From Basidiobolus meristosporus CBS 931.73 (Eukaryota; Fungi; Basidiobolomycota), in NCBI GenBank assembly GCA_002104905.1, contig MCFE01000472.1:5357-69356 (forward strand): DNA of 64,000 bases. The letters are read 5' to 3'. Positions 24,575 through 38,164 of this stretch are shown one piece after another; within the stretch, counting starts at the first letter, position 1; the number at the start of each line of letters is the position of its first letter. The position numbers were made by a program, and so were the translations under genes. Under the pieces are notes generated by a model. That model was not told the DNA's origin. It was given only the letters and a program-made list of their open reading frames with translations, and ran no database searches.

Positions 24575-27160
24575 GAAGGTATATTTGATAATAGGTAATT
24601 TTGGTAAAGCAGGGGATTGTGTCTTGGAGAAGGAATATATAAAAACTATAAACTCGGCGTGAAGAAGAGTAAATAGCCACAATATGAGAGGGGATGGTGG
24701 ACTGCTTTATTATATATGAGAGGGCGACTGATTAAATGCACTAATTAGATATAAGCTAAGGTTGGATTCAGTGATTTGGTGCCAATTCGATTAAAACTTG
24801 TGATGCAATCTCATGCATCAGTGATCATAACCGATTCTCAAAAATAAAGTGATTATGCCGGATTGTTTTGTGCATTCATTGACTACTAGGATAGACTTGC
24901 GCCATTTTCGATTATTCCAAGAGAGCCTCACATAAAACAACGAAGATAATTGTCTAGTGTGGCATGCTGTAAACCGGCTGATTTGCTTACCCAAGATGAT
25001 TGTTCACGTATCTACGGTGGGCACTGGAGCCTGAATACCTCAAACCAGGTGATGTTTCAGAAGGATTAACAGACGATGGATTTCAGTTCGAGACACAGGA
25101 GTTGTGACAAAAACTCCCATGCTGAAAGCAGAGTTGCCTCAGGATTGGAAATAGGCGGTAGTCCATGTTGCCTAGGAGCCGATATGATGCCATATTGTCA
25201 AGGCTTGAGGTAGTGTATGGGGAGTTGTAGAGTCGTGATTGGCCAGCCCACAGGCTGATACAGATGGAGATTTAATCAAACTGTTTGAATGGTGTGCTGG
25301 CCATCCGCAGCCCGTATCAAAATTCATTCTAACAAGGTACCAGCGCTAAGACATATTTTCCTTGTTTTACAGGCCTCATACAATCCAAGTGGGAGAATGG
25401 ATTGGAAGTTATAGACAAACATTCCACCTCTACCCCTGTGTGGGGGCAGGACAGATCAACAAGATTGTTGGATCTATGGGCCCTCGTAGTGTCAAATCGG
25501 GCTGAGGTGATGAGGAGGGTCAGCGAACACACAACCCAAGCAGCCATATTATGAATCTAGAAGTCGACCGATATGAGACCAGTGGGATGATTTGAAATGA
25601 AATTTAACAAAGTGATTCCTATGTGCTCAGTAAATCGTTGCTCGTATAAACAGAGCATCTGTTTAGATGACAAGTTGGATTAGCCTGGTGAGAACATCTT
25701 CGCGTTGTTGGTAATAATAAGTGAATTAGTGATTAATACAGTGCGATGTGTGATTTATGATCAGACCATATATTGGTTTCAATTTTCAATAGTTCACAGT
25801 CAAACCTGGTAATTCTCAGATCTCATTGTGTGATGGCCCGATTGAGTTCTCCCTTGCACGCTCCAATAATTTTAATGTATAGTTATGGTGCTTGCTGTTT
25901 GTCGAAATCAGAATTTCTTTGTAACTACTTCCGGTATTTAATGAACACGCATATTCCTGTGATTTCGTTGTGGAGCTTGCCAATAGCCATGGAAAGTTAC
26001 TATGATGAATGCGGTAGTTAGCAGATTACACGCTAGGCTCCTACTTTTGGAAACAAAGTGGCCATATTTTGTCGGGATATATTAGTCTAAAGAGTTTCAT
26101 AGACGTTGCAGTTCTTTCTGTATAATCGAATTCAACTAATCGAGTACGCATGAATAGCGTACAACCTTCAATAGAATGAATATTCTTTGAGTGACGATCA
26201 TTCAAACATGATTCTCTGAAACTGCTGCACGTGTATTATCTTGATGGAGAATCAGGAAATCCAACTTTTCAGCTTCTAGCAGGCAGATGATTTGGTTGTA
26301 TTTCTACCATTAGGTACATGTTGTTAAAGTGCATGGTTGCTGAATATCTATAATTAGGCTGCCTCCGCTATGGTTCCACTTGTGTGGGTCGTTTCATTCC
26401 TATTTTTCCATAAACAAACAGTATAGTTGAGGGTAAACTGCCTATTTTCAAGCCCTGACAAGCCTCTTGTATTAATAGCTTTCCGGTAGTGCTTATGCAA
26501 CTAAGGGTGCCTGTAGAGTGATGGTTGCCCCTACAGAGTAAATACACACGTTGGATAGGAGACCAAAAAATTCCATTGGCTGCAGAGAGCAGATGTTACA
26601 AGATTACAAACTGTCAGATACCAAGTTTACTCAAGCATGGGCTCGGCCAAATATGTGAACCTCACTTTGCCAAGGAAGAAAAGTATGCTCAGACAAGTCT
26701 ATGTTTCAAGATCGTTAGTACACACCCCTGGTGCGGGGTAACCTTGAGGTATACCAAGTAGATCATTTTAGTTTGTTTACAGTCGGACATGGAGCTGATC
26801 AAAGCCCCAACCTCCTGCAGTGCCGCAAAATTATTGACTAATGTTTACTAGTCGGTGAATATCTATGTATGCCGAATGAATGTTTTTCAAGAACCAAACG
26901 TAGGCAAAGTCATTTACCAATCAACGCTGCGCTTCTCAGCTTCGAACAGTATAAAATGGTAGCTGTACTTCCACTTCACTTTAGAACAAGTGACTTTAGG
27001 CCAACAAGACAACGCTTTCATACCAAGGATCCATATACTCTCTAGAATTCCCTCTTCTCAGTTCGAACATTAAGCGAGTCAGTATATACGTATATATATA
27101 TATATATACACCATTGGGATTTGACTACTTGTTACCGGAGATTCCAAATATTTACTTGAG

Positions 27161-29056
27161 ATGAGGTTCATTTCTGCTATCTCGATTTTTATTGTTCTCG
27201 AGGTGGTACAGTCAGCTGTGATCGAGTCTTCACACTCGAAACATCCTGTACGTATGTCGATCTCCGCAGCTAAGAGTTCTGTCCGACGAATTCGTAGATC
27301 GCCAGTGGAAAATGACTTTAATGAGTTTTTGGAAATAAGCACAAAAACATCTGATATTTCTGGAAATATCAGCAAGTCAATGAGTCGAACCATGGATGCT
27401 GTTTCAAGTAGAAGACGTAGAAGACCCGGGTATCAGGGTGGTAGAAACCCAAAAGATAATAACCGGAGATATCCGGGAATGAAGGGCTCAGATGGCAGAC
27501 GACCTCCCGATGACAGCGAACATAATATCCTGAAAGGCTTAAGTGAGACTATAAACAGCAAAAACCTCAAAGGAAGAATTGGGGTTGGTAATGGTGGCTA
27601 TAGACATCCAAAGGATAACAATGGCAATGGGAGCTCTAAGGATGGTAATGGAAACGCGAACGACAATGGTAGAAATGGAAGCTCAAAGGACGGTAGCAAT
27701 TCCCGTAATGACGGTAACGATGGATCTAAAGACAACAATGAAAACGGTAACAGAAATGGCAATGGTAATGGTGGCAACGGAAATCCTAAGGACGGCAATG
27801 GCAACGGTAATGGCAATGGTGGCAACGGAAGTCCTAAGGACAGCAGTGGCAACGGCAATGGTGGCAACGGAAATCCTAAGGACGGCAATGGCAATGGCAA
27901 TGGCAATGGTGGCAACGGAAATCCTAAGGACGGCAGTGGCAACGGCAATGGTGGCAACGGAAATCCTAAGGACGGCAATGGCAACGGCAATGGTGGTAAC
28001 GGAAATCCTAAGGACGGCAATGGCAATGGCAATGGTGGCAACGGAAATCCCAAGGACGGCAATGGCAATGGCAATGGTGGTAACGGAAATCCTAAGGACG
28101 GCAATGGCAACGGCAATGGTGGCAACGGAAATCCTAAGGACGGCAATGGCAACGGCAATGGTGGTAACGGAAATCCTAAGGACGGCAGTGGCAACGGCAA
28201 TGGTGGCAACGGAAATCCCAAGGACGGCAATGGCAATGGCAATGGTGGTAACGGAAATCCTAAGGACGGCAATGGCAACGGTAATGGCAATGGTGGCAAC
28301 GGAAATCCCAAGGACGGCAATGGTAATGGCAATGGCAATGGTGGCAACGGAAATCCTAAGGACGGCAATGGCAATGGCAATGGTGGCAACGGAAATCCTA
28401 AGGACGGCAGTGGCAACGGCAATGGTGGCAACGGAAATCCTAAGGACGGCAATGGCAATGGCAATGGTGGCAACGGAAGTCCTAAGGACGGCAGTGGCAA
28501 CAGCAATGGTGGTAACGGAAATCCCAAGGATGGCAATGGCAATGGCAATGGTGGCAACGGAAATCCCAAGGATGGCAATGGCAATGGCAATGGTGGCAAC
28601 GGAAATCCCAAGGATGGCAATGGCAATGGCAATGGTGGCAACGGAAATCCTAAGGGCGGTAATGGTAATGGAAACCCCAAAGACGGCGGCGGCAATCCGA
28701 AAGATAGCAATGGCAACGGTAATCCCAAGGACAGCAACGGGAATGGAGGGAATGGAGATCCAAAGGATAACGATGGGAAGGATAGCAGCAATGGTGGCAA
28801 CAACTCAAGCAATGGTGGAGACCCTAAGGACAATAATGGCAATCCAAAAGACAACAACGGTGACGGAAATCCCAAGGATACCAACTCAAGTAGCGGTGGA
28901 AACAACTCTAGTAAGAATGGGAAGGATGCGAATAGAGGGGGATATAACAATCCATCTTCAACCAACACCAACAGGCCATCTCCAACAAATTGTAACCGTC
29001 TTATCAACCTCAATCTGAATCTTCTCGGACTTCCTGTGAGAGCCTGCCTTCTCTAA
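27161..29056 (+). CDS. Secreted Gly/Asn-rich repeat protein ([14 protein letters not shown] repeats)
   Basis: Signal peptide [19 protein letters not shown]; basic RRIRR and RRRRR sites; about 20 units of 14-16 aa; Cys-containing hydrophobic C-terminus; TATAAA at ~26950. Confidence 0.85.
   Translation: MRFISAISIFIVLEVVQSAVIESSHSKHPVRMSISAAKSSVRRIRRSPVENDFNEFLEISTKTSDISGNISKSMSRTMDAVSSRRRRRPGYQGGRNPKDNNRRYPGMKGSDGRRPPDDSEHNILKGLSETINSKNLKGRIGVGNGGYRHPKDNNGNGSSKDGNGNANDNGRNGSSKDGSNSRNDGNDGSKDNNENGNRNGNGNGGNGNPKDGNGNGNGNGGNGSPKDSSGNGNGGNGNPKDGNGNGNGNGGNGNPKDGSGNGNGGNGNPKDGNGNGNGGNGNPKDGNGNGNGGNGNPKDGNGNGNGGNGNPKDGNGNGNGGNGNPKDGNGNGNGGNGNPKDGSGNGNGGNGNPKDGNGNGNGGNGNPKDGNGNGNGNGGNGNPKDGNGNGNGNGGNGNPKDGNGNGNGGNGNPKDGSGNGNGGNGNPKDGNGNGNGGNGSPKDGSGNSNGGNGNPKDGNGNGNGGNGNPKDGNGNGNGGNGNPKDGNGNGNGGNGNPKGGNGNGNPKDGGGNPKDSNGNGNPKDSNGNGGNGDPKDNDGKDSSNGGNNSSNGGDPKDNNGNPKDNNGDGNPKDTNSSSGGNNSSKNGKDANRGGYNNPSSTNTNRPSPTNCNRLINLNLNLLGLPVRACLL
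27760..28660 (+). repeat. Coding minisatellite, 42/48-nt unit
   Basis: GGCAATGGCAA(C/T)GGCAATGGTGGCAACGGAAATCC(T/C)AAGGA(C/T) repeated about 20 times, with more degenerate units on both flanks. Confidence 0.95.
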
Positions 29057-30123
29057 GCGTATCCACGTACTGATACCTTGAAATGTGATAGCCGATCCAG
29101 TATAATATCAAATGATTAGAGTGATCTATAACTAGAGATACTATTTATATTACTTGAATTCAGATATATAGAAGCTTATGAAAGCAATAAATTTGACAGT
29201 GTTATGTACTTGAAGAGTAATGTCCTTTAAAGAGTACGTAAATAGATAACGTGTATGTTATCTCGTAGATTCGACAGGTTAGTGTGAGAATATCTACTAA
29301 AAGGTTAGGAAGGTGACTTGTAGAAATATATTCAAGGTAATTATTGTCTCTACTACTCTTCCTACTTCTGGCCAAACTTTATTTGATAGTTTGATTGGTA
29401 TTATATCTTATTGTGAGTCTGGTGATTTGTCTCTTTTACTTTTCCCGGGCTACTGAGTCGTCTTTGTATGTGTTGATGTCACTTAACATCGCGTGACTCC
29501 TTACTCTGTAACAACAGCATAGTCTGCAAAAAAAACCTAGCAAAAACAATAGCCGTCCTAGTTACTGGATTGTTATAATTTGATAAGCAGCTTCAGCATC
29601 AATGATAATAGATGAACGGGAAGCACCGAACTCTCATTGCTCCTCAAATAACTCGCAACCTTACTGAAAAACCCTTGGGATCTCTAAAACCCCACTCAAC
29701 CCCCTTGGTTATATGCTGCTTATGATACTTGGATTGCGGTTAAGTGCGCGTTACTGGTACCCGCCAGGTGAAGGCAAGCTAAAATACTAAACTTGGCGTG
29801 TATTAGGAACTACGTAAATGTACTTCATACATACAATTGAAACCAAGGTGATACGAGACATGAGATTCAAAGAGCTGGCAAAAATGCTCCAACCCAAAGT
29901 GCTTACGGCTTAAAACGCCGAGGAAAGGCTCTAGCTTAGCATTTCCTTACCTACAACATCGACTCACGCCCACCTAGGTGTTTTCGATATCATCCAAAAA
30001 GGCTGGGTTTGGTGAAAGGTTTGGAGTTTATTAATAAGTCGAGTAAAATTTCTTACGGGACTCATTGATACAAGTTTCTGATGATCTGAGACTTCTGTAA
30101 ATTCCAACTGGTAAGGAACTGGA

Positions 30124-30522
30124 TTATTCATTAGTCTTCTCTAATCCGTATCCTTTGCCAACTCCAATACCACCGGAGCCGCTTCCACCAATGTCACCAT
30201 CTCCACGGACGCCTTCTTTATCAAGCTTTCCTTTACCGGTAGCTCCGAAGTTACCCTTGAGTCCTCCAGCTAGGCCGGGGATAAAGCGACTCTTGTATCC
30301 GGCTTGTCCGACTCCACCCAAAGATCCTTCGCCATTAGCGGAGATGTTCTCTCTGAGGTAATCGTAGAATGTCTTGATGAATCCTGGAAGACGAACAGAG
30401 TCTTTAGCTTCAACCGCGGGAGCTTCAACAACACCAGCGCCAGCATCGGCATCTTGGGGAAGAGCGTATGCAAGTTGACTGAAAGCAATAGCTCCAAGAA
30501 CGATGGCGGCGAAGGATCTCAT
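30124..30522 (-). CDS. Small secreted Gly-rich protein, copy 1
   Basis: Signal peptide MRSFAAIVLGAIAFSQLAYA; Gly-rich core; near-identical to 35443-35844; TATATAAA upstream. Confidence 0.85.
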   Translation of the reverse strand: MRSFAAIVLGAIAFSQLAYALPQDADAGAGVVEAPAVEAKDSVRLPGFIKTFYDYLRENISANGEGSLGGVGQAGYKSRFIPGLAGGLKGNFGATGKGKLDKEGVRGDGDIGGSGSGGIGVGKGYGLEKTNE

Positions 30523-32142
30523 GATAAAGGCAGGTTGATTGAACGGAGAGGAGATGGTGGTGGTGAGGAATATTGTACACGACGGTGGGTTTATATAGAT
30601 TGCTGATTACTCGATAACATCACATATCCATGAAGAATGTTTCATCCAAGTAGAGAATATGAGATTTTCGTACGCATGAAAGCCTCGCGTAATGAGTGAT
30701 TTCGTTAGATAGTTTAGATAGCGTTTACCTTTTCATTGGCCGTTTGCTCATTTACCTTATGAAACATCGTTCCAAAGTAATAGGGATTAATGATAAAATA
30801 CACAAGGCGCATACCCCTTGCATTTTCCCATCAGTAGCTTATGAAATCCCAGTGTGATCAGGATAGCTGCAAGCATCAATGAGCCGGTGTGTTGTACTTG
30901 TCTAACTCCAGATGCTCATCTGCATAGAATAGTTGAATGAATGTTGGCTGCAAATATGATTTCCATACGTACATTCGCTTTGCATCGTTATTCCAGCTCG
31001 CTTGATCCTCTCATCGGCCGTATTCTCGTCACTCTGCGATCCGAAACTATCGGATTCGGCGAATAGCCCCAGGGATTGATAGTACAGGATTAGGATGTAC
31101 ACAGCCGACCCTTGGATTGGGCCAATAACCAGGAGATTTGAAGATGAGGGGATTGCCGTCATAGTTATGTTGAGGATGAATATGGAAGCAACTGTGCTCC
31201 TGAAGCTTCCTTCTTAACCTGTTTATTAATCACCTGTTCATTTCCGGTAATTGGGCATTGTATTTGCGAAATACATCATCGCTTTGGACATTAGATTCCC
31301 CTTAACATTGATTCCTCAATTATTGCTTAGTATGCCAGCATTATTCATTGACATTTTTGATGATGAAAAATCATAATCAAGATGGGGAATCATTACAACC
31401 GAACTTGCCAGGTATACTGTGTCAAATTTGACAAGTTCTCAATGCCCGCAGGCTACCAAGATTGCCTTATTAGATAGTGATTAGAACCAGCCTATTCCGA
31501 ATGCTGATTGGACGACGCCTGGATCAGCAGTATATTTGCAGAGAAAATCCTGCTCCAAAATGGATTACCTCAATAGGATAGTTTCGTTCTGCAGTTGACT
31601 GCAATATGTAGGGTGTACAAGAACCTAAAAAATTAGAAAGTCACAGTAGCAAATGTCTGCTGGCCACAGGTAAATTCAGCAAAGCGTAACGAACAACCCC
31701 ATTCTTTCGGGATATCTCGTCATGTAGGCTACTCTAGTAGAGGTGTATGATTATTGGAACCTCGTGTGATGTTGAGGGCTTGCAATGTTGCGAGGTTTGA
31801 AGGTTTGGTGCCGGTGGCGCATGTTTTGAAATATTCCCCGTTGTTGTATTTCAAAGAGCCCGTTTCCATCAAGATATTAGCGCGTTTTTCGGTCTGTTAG
31901 ATACCGCCTAATCTAATCATGATCAACAACGAGGTGCAGTATGCTCCAGAGTTGGTACCTCAAGAAGATACATTTAGTTCTTACCATTGCTAAAATTTGC
32001 ATGCTTTTTTACTGAGAGGTCTGAAATGAAACAAAGAAATGCTACATGTGTGCTCGAGTTTAACGAGGATACTTGGGGCTAGGTTGACTAGGGTTTTCAA
32101 AAAGACTTGTTGGTGGCCCAATTGAATCAAGACTCAAAAAAT

Positions 32143-33391
32143 CTATTTACGGTTCAAAACACGTTTAGCAACGCTAGCAATGAGCTCGGTGGTAGGGAGG
32201 GCAAGGTCTTCTAAAGGCTTTGCGTATGGCATTGGAACGTCAGCCCCAGTAACACGCTCAACTGGGGCATCAAGATAGTCAAAGGCTTCAGATTCCATGA
32301 TTTGAGCGCAAATTTCGGATCCTACACCGAATTGAGGCCAGCCGCCTTCGATTGTGATGAGGCGATTGGTCTTCTTGACTGATTTGATGATTGTCTCAAT
32401 ATCTAGAGGACGGATAGAGCGCAGGTTGATCACTTCAGCATTAATACCTTCCTTGGCAAGAAGTTCAGCGGCAGCTAGAGCATCACCAACAGGCTTGGAA
32501 TGAGCAACCAAAGTAACGTCGGTGCCTTCGCGCTCAATCTTGGCTTTTCCGATCTCAATAACGAAGTCTTTGTCAAGGGCCTCTTCAGAAATATCAAAGG
32601 AAGATCCATACATGATTTCGTTTTCCAGGAAAACAACTGGATTAGGATCGCGGATGGCAGCCTTAAGGAGACCTCTGGCATCCTCGGAGTTCCAAGGAGA
32701 AAGAACCTTGAGACCAGGGATAGAGCCATACCATGCCGCATAGCACTGAGAATGCTGAGCACCTACGCCAGCCGCGGCGCCGTTGGGACCACGGAACACT
32801 ATGGGGCAGTTCACCTGACCACCAGACATGTAGTGTGTTTTGGCAGCCGAGTTTACGATATGGTCAATAGCTTGCATAGCGAAGTTGAATGTCATGAACT
32901 CGACAATAGGCTTGAGGCCACTCAGAGCACTGCCGACAGCAATACCAGCAAAGCCCATCTCGGTGATTGGGGTATCGATGATGCGTTTGGCACCGAATTT
33001 ATCAAGGAGACCTTTGGAAACCTGATCATTGAAAAAAGCATTGGCCGCGAGCCCAGTAGGGACCTCAAATGTGGGCAAAGACCAACCTTGTATGCACCAT
33101 TGTATTGGGCGACCTCCTCTCCCATGAGATATACCTTCTCGTCCCTGGTTAGTTCTTCGTCTAATGCAGAGTTGAGAGCATCGCGCACAGTCATCTAGGC
33201 ATTCAAATGAGAAGTTAACACCGGGGTCTTGACAAAAGAAATGGAGGTCAAAGTACCTGCTTTGAGGCAGAAGAATTGAAACGAGCTTGAGCAAAGAATC
33301 TGGGAGCAGTGCTACTAGCACCCAAGGCCAGTATCTTGGTATTTGCGTGAATCTGGCTTCTAATCAAAGAGGAAATGCTTGAACGGAACAT
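32143..33391 (-). CDS. PDB1: Pyruvate dehydrogenase E1 beta subunit, mitochondrial, 3 exons
   Basis: Mitochondrial presequence [13 protein letters not shown]; [14 protein letters not shown]; [12 protein letters not shown]; [11 protein letters not shown]; [17 protein letters not shown]; [13 protein letters not shown]. Confidence 0.98.
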
Positions 33392-34417
33392 TTTAGGAGA
33401 GTGATGAGGGGAAAACGATGTTGATAGAGCTCTAGATGAATATAAATCCACTTTTTCTTCTACTCCGGGTAGCTGCGATTACCCGCATAGTGAGATAGCT
33501 TATAAACATTCCTAAACCGGCATTTATCGGATTCATCCACCGAACCACGAACCACGAACCACGAATTCAGATCCGCTCCCATTCCATAAAACGACATGGT
33601 GTTGTGGCTTGAAGCCTGTATATTTGTTTATTTTCAGCCTCACGAGCAATGATCGAAACAATATTGGTCCAACTTTATATATTAGGCAAGGGACTTTGAT
33701 TCTTTTTGGCATGGCACTGGACCATGTTCCGAGGCTTGAAGACCTTTGTTATTTTGGCGAAAGCTGGAATTAAAATGTTTATCCTGCTGCTAGTGGTGCT
33801 GACTCGTAATCGGCAATTTGGAATAGCACAACCAAGATTGTTCTTGCCCCTAGGAACAGGTGATCAATAAGCAAATTTAGAAAGAGTTTTCAGGAGTAAA
33901 AGTTTCCGTAATCATCCTGAACACAGCTATGGTGGCAATCCCCCATCTTCCAATCTGACCTGGTTATTGGCCCAATCCAAGGACCGGCCGTGTACATCCT
34001 AATCCTGGATGCCAAACCGTCGGGGCTGTTCGCCGAATCCGATATGATTTACTCGGATCGGACGGCGTATTGACGAGAATTCGGCCGAAAGCGAATGCAT
34101 GCATGGAAACGTGTTTGGAACTAAATGCACGCATTGGTAGGATGGTGGAATGGGATATTTGCTGCAAAGGACCAAGAATTTAGGGTTTTCAGCATTCAAC
34201 TTGTAACTTTCAAATACTACACTGCAATTCCGCGAAGTTTAGCATCTTCTACATGTTACATGTGCATAATCTAATACAACGTTATTACCAAATATCGTGC
34301 ATCGGTGTTTCATCATTTGGAACCGTGATCCAGCTAACTCTTGTATAAATGGATCACTTTCCACAATTGGCACCCCCTACTCTATCCCACTCCCCTCACC
34401 ACTGTCCATTCCTAGTC

Positions 34418-34975
34418 ATGAAATTCATCGCTACAACTGGCTTGTTAGTATTGGCATTGAGCCAACTCACTAGTGCCGTTTACCTTAATGAAGGTATTGA
34501 TGAGGTCCAAGCCAGTGATGAATTTAACTTCAATAGTATTGTCAAGTCCCTTGGCAAGCGGATAGCTTCAAAGGTGTTCGCAAATCTAGGAACTGGACTT
34601 GGTAAGATTCTTGATGGCTCCGGTATTGGTGGAACTTTTGGAGGCCGTGGACATGGTAGCATCGAAGGAAAACGAGGCCAAGGATTTGGTGCCGGATTCG
34701 CAGGTAATTTCCGCGGGCGAGGTGCTGGCAACTTCAAGGATATACTTGGTGGTGAGATCAAGGGTGGAGGTAGAGGCTCTGGGGGTCTTGGGTTTGGTAA
34801 GAAATACAAAGAAGGGCTGAAGGTATATGAGCCAAAAGCAAGCGATAAGCCTGAGGATTATAAGGAGGGATTGGAATGGGTTAAAGGTGGTGAGGGAGGT
34901 GCCAATGGTGAATCTGCTAAAGATAAGAAAGAGGTGACGTCCGCAAAGGAGGATGCCTCTGAAGTTTACGCTTGA
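34418..34975 (+). CDS. Small secreted Gly-rich protein, divergent paralog
   Basis: Signal peptide MKFIATTGLLVLALSQLTSA. Shares the G.AG...GNF...G.G and GG.GSGG.G.GK.Y pattern with the two copies. TATAAAT at ~34344. Confidence 0.8.
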   Translation: MKFIATTGLLVLALSQLTSAVYLNEGIDEVQASDEFNFNSIVKSLGKRIASKVFANLGTGLGKILDGSGIGGTFGGRGHGSIEGKRGQGFGAGFAGNFRGRGAGNFKDILGGEIKGGGRGSGGLGFGKKYKEGLKVYEPKASDKPEDYKEGLEWVKGGEGGANGESAKDKKEVTSAKEDASEVYA

Positions 34976-35442
34976 GCTTTAGAATGAAATAACCTTAATA
35001 CTTTCTATGGCTGTATTTGAAATTTATTACGAGATCATAATAAAAATCGCCAAACCTAAGTTTGTTATCAAAGTAGATTTGACTATATTCAAACAGTTGA
35101 TCACAATGATCCTCTAAGCAATATCAAAAATTGCAAGATATCACATTCATCTTTCCAAGTGTGTTACGGCCTTGCAAGGTTATATAGCGCTATCAGGAGT
35201 GAGTGTCTCATATGACTTACTTACGACACCGGTGTTTCAGAATCATGCAAAACCGCTTCATAAATGTATGCACTCCTAATACCTTTCTTGATACGAGTTT
35301 GGCAATCAATGGGCCATTCATATCACCATTTGATATGGGGCACGAATGTATAAATATGGAGGAAGCGCTTTTCTTATCTTCACCTCTCCACTGCTCCAGT
35401 GTTTCCTCACTACCTTCTTCTGACTCCTTTCCTTTCTTCATC

Positions 35443-35844
35443 ATGAAATCCTTCGCCGCCATCGTTCTTGGAGCTATTGCTTTCAGTCAACTTGCATACG
35501 CTCTTCCCCAAGATGCCGATGCTGGCGCTGGTGTTGTTGAAGCTCCCGCGGTTGAAGCTAAAGACTCTGTTCGTGTCCCAGGATTCCTGAGAAGTATTCA
35601 TGACTATCTCAGAGAGAACATTTCTGCTAGCGGCGAAGGATCTTTGGGTGGAGTCGGACAAGCCGGATACAAGAGTCGCTTTATCCCCGGCCTAGCTGGA
35701 GGACTCAAGGGTAACTTCGGAGCAACCGGAAATGGAAAGATCGACAGAGAAGGTATTCGTGGAGATGGTGACATTGGTGGAAGCGGCTCCGGTGGTATTG
35801 GAGTTGGCAAAGGATATGGATTTGAGAAGACCGACTACGAGTAA
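35443..35844 (+). CDS. Small secreted Gly-rich protein, copy 2
   Basis: MKSFAAIVLGAIAFSQLAYALPQDADAGAG...; inverted duplicate of 30124-30522; TATAAAT at ~35349. Confidence 0.85.
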   Translation: MKSFAAIVLGAIAFSQLAYALPQDADAGAGVVEAPAVEAKDSVRVPGFLRSIHDYLRENISASGEGSLGGVGQAGYKSRFIPGLAGGLKGNFGATGNGKIDREGIRGDGDIGGSGSGGIGVGKGYGFEKTDYE

Positions 35845-36615
35845 TGAAGTCACTTAGACTGATTTGAAGTACACATCAGATTTGTATCAATGAGTTCGGT
35901 AGGAAAAACTGCCTAGCTCATGAATAAACTCCAAACCTTTCACCAAACTATAAACCAATTGTGTATGAATTCAACTACAAATATTTACGGGCCAGTCCTT
36001 TTAAAAAACAGGCCAAGAATCAATGGTACAATGGCCGGGTCACTGATAGAAGTTCGTTCCAACTAATAATCTAGTGCAATCGTCGATTAGCATTTACCAG
36101 TCAGTATGCTCCTTTTAGTGGGGATGGTAAATGTAAGAACCATACAAATTAAATTATGACTTGATGACTATTCATGTGGCCACCCAGTCACATACACTGT
36201 GCAAATCAAAAATAAACAAGAATTATACATAAATCCTTCGACAATATGGGTCTGATAACCAGTATAGAAGGCCCGAGATGCATGTATACAGATTAATCCG
36301 CATTGATGGGTGCTTAATTTTGAACTTGCCGCAAGCGAAGTGCCACCATTTCCACGCGTATTTCTGCGGAGCTGCGATATACGAGCATCATTTTGAGATA
36401 GCCTACGCCTGATTAGAGATGACAGTTTGGATTCATGGTGTATCTCGAACTTTCCAAAATAAATAATTCAGTGTTTGAAGCATCACAAATTTTTGTCACC
36501 AGATGAATTAGTCAGTTCAGTGACGTTCGGTAAATTTTGAAAACGAGTCAAGGGCGCTACGTAATTTCAAATATATTTAAAATTTCTACCACTTGCACTA
36601 ACGCTTACTATTCCC

Positions 36616-38164
36616 ATGAACTCGATTCGAGGCACTTTGCTCAGAAACCCCTCTCTACTAAGGTCAGCTTCTTACTCTCGCCTTTGCTTTCCAAGAGGGC
36701 ATACGAATGAGTGGATAGGGAGTATCCAGCGATTCACCCCGAGAGTCTTGGCTACTCAAACTCAAACTTTTTCCTCGCTGAGGAGGGAGCGTGTAGTTGG
36801 TAAGATTTGCGCGATTTGAATCTGCTTCTCCCGGATAGCACGCACTTACTGAGCGACCCATAGGCAGCAGAAATAGAGTTCATAAAGACATTATACGTCG
36901 CCAACCAAAAGACAAAATTCAGAATGTCAACCCTGAATTGGTGGTTGCTGAATCAATTCCCGGCGCAGAGGCTACTATTGTAGAGGTTCCACATGATCCT
37001 AATGGAACCTTGGATATGGCAAACCCCGCAGCCAGACTTTTGGAGCACGGAACTGTTGTTGTCACGCGTCAGTTAGAAATGCTGAATATCTTTATGGTAA
37101 GCACCCACACACTTGTTGCAGGGCGGCGTATATTTACCTCCGTCTTAACCCGACCCAAAGGGATTCGAACAAGCCAACAAATACGCCATTGCTGATCAAT
37201 ACGGAAATTACCTTGGCTTCCTGGCCGAAGAAGATACATTTGGTAATACGCTAGCCAGGCAATTGCTCCGGACACATCGTAAATTCAATGCGACCGTATT
37301 GGACAAAGAAGGAAACGTTATCCTAAAGGTTTGGCGTATGCTATAAATCTATAAAGTGTGTATGCAGTGGCTCTTACGCTCTATGGAAAGATTCATCGTC
37401 CATTTTCCTGGATAAACAGTCGGATCTTCATCTATCGAAGTGATGATACTCTGATCGGGGAAGTTCAACAAGAATGGCATCTCTGGCGTCGAACATACAA
37501 CCTCTTTATCAAGTACTCAATCCGTTAACCTTTAATTCAAACGAAAAACTAATCAACCAACAATACTTCAGGGAGCGTCAATTTGCCCGCATCGATTCTG
37601 GCTTCTTGTCCTGGGAGTTTTTGCTTCAAAACGAGCAGGGCGGAATGCTGGGTCATGTCACTCGAAACTTCGGTGGATTTGCCCGAGAGGTACTATTGCT
37701 TAACCATCAGCTGAGCCTTGGGAAGTGACTAAATATCAGATCAGATCTTCACAGACACCGGAACCTATATGTTGAAGATGGACGACGTCGAGGACAATGC
37801 TCGTGCGTTGACGCTTGATGAGCGTGCCGTTACTCTGGCTGCTGCCGTGACCATTGATTTCGATTATTTCTCTAGACACTCCAGGCATGGGTAAGCAATA
37901 TTTGGTTCTGGGAATTTGCAAGTCTCAGCGAGGCTAAGAGAAACATTCAGAGGAATTCCATTCTTCCCGTTCCCCTTCTTTGGAGACGAGTATAGAGGCG
38001 ACGAATCCGAATCGGCCGCCCCTCCATCCACCGATGTTCCATCGAGCGCAGGCACTGCCGCTGGCGCAGGGGTCGGCTCTGGACTATACGACAGTGATAC
38101 CTTCCTTCCAGATGAGCAGGAACAAGGATCTATTTGGGACAACATATGGGGTGATGATGACTAA
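36616..38164 (+). CDS. AIM25: Mitochondrial phospholipid scramblase-family protein (Aim25-like), multi-exon
   Basis: VVTRQLEMLNIFM/GFEQANKYAI, RQLLRTHRKF, RPFSWINSRIFI, EVQQEWHLWRRTYNLF, FARIDSGFLSWEF, IFTDTGTY, LTLDERAVTLAAAVTIDFDYFSRHS. Confidence 0.92.

Noticed and set aside
27760-28660. CRISPR-like array
   Set aside because: Contiguous in-frame tandem repeats without unique spacers, in a eukaryotic gene.
27579-29018. Long alternative-frame (479 aa) and antisense (471 aa) ORFs
   Set aside because: These are by-products of the stop-free coding minisatellite. Only the frame with a signal peptide is credible.
33538-33566. (CCACGAA)x3 upstream of PDB1
   Set aside because: A short tandem that could be a promoter element, but there is no supporting evidence.
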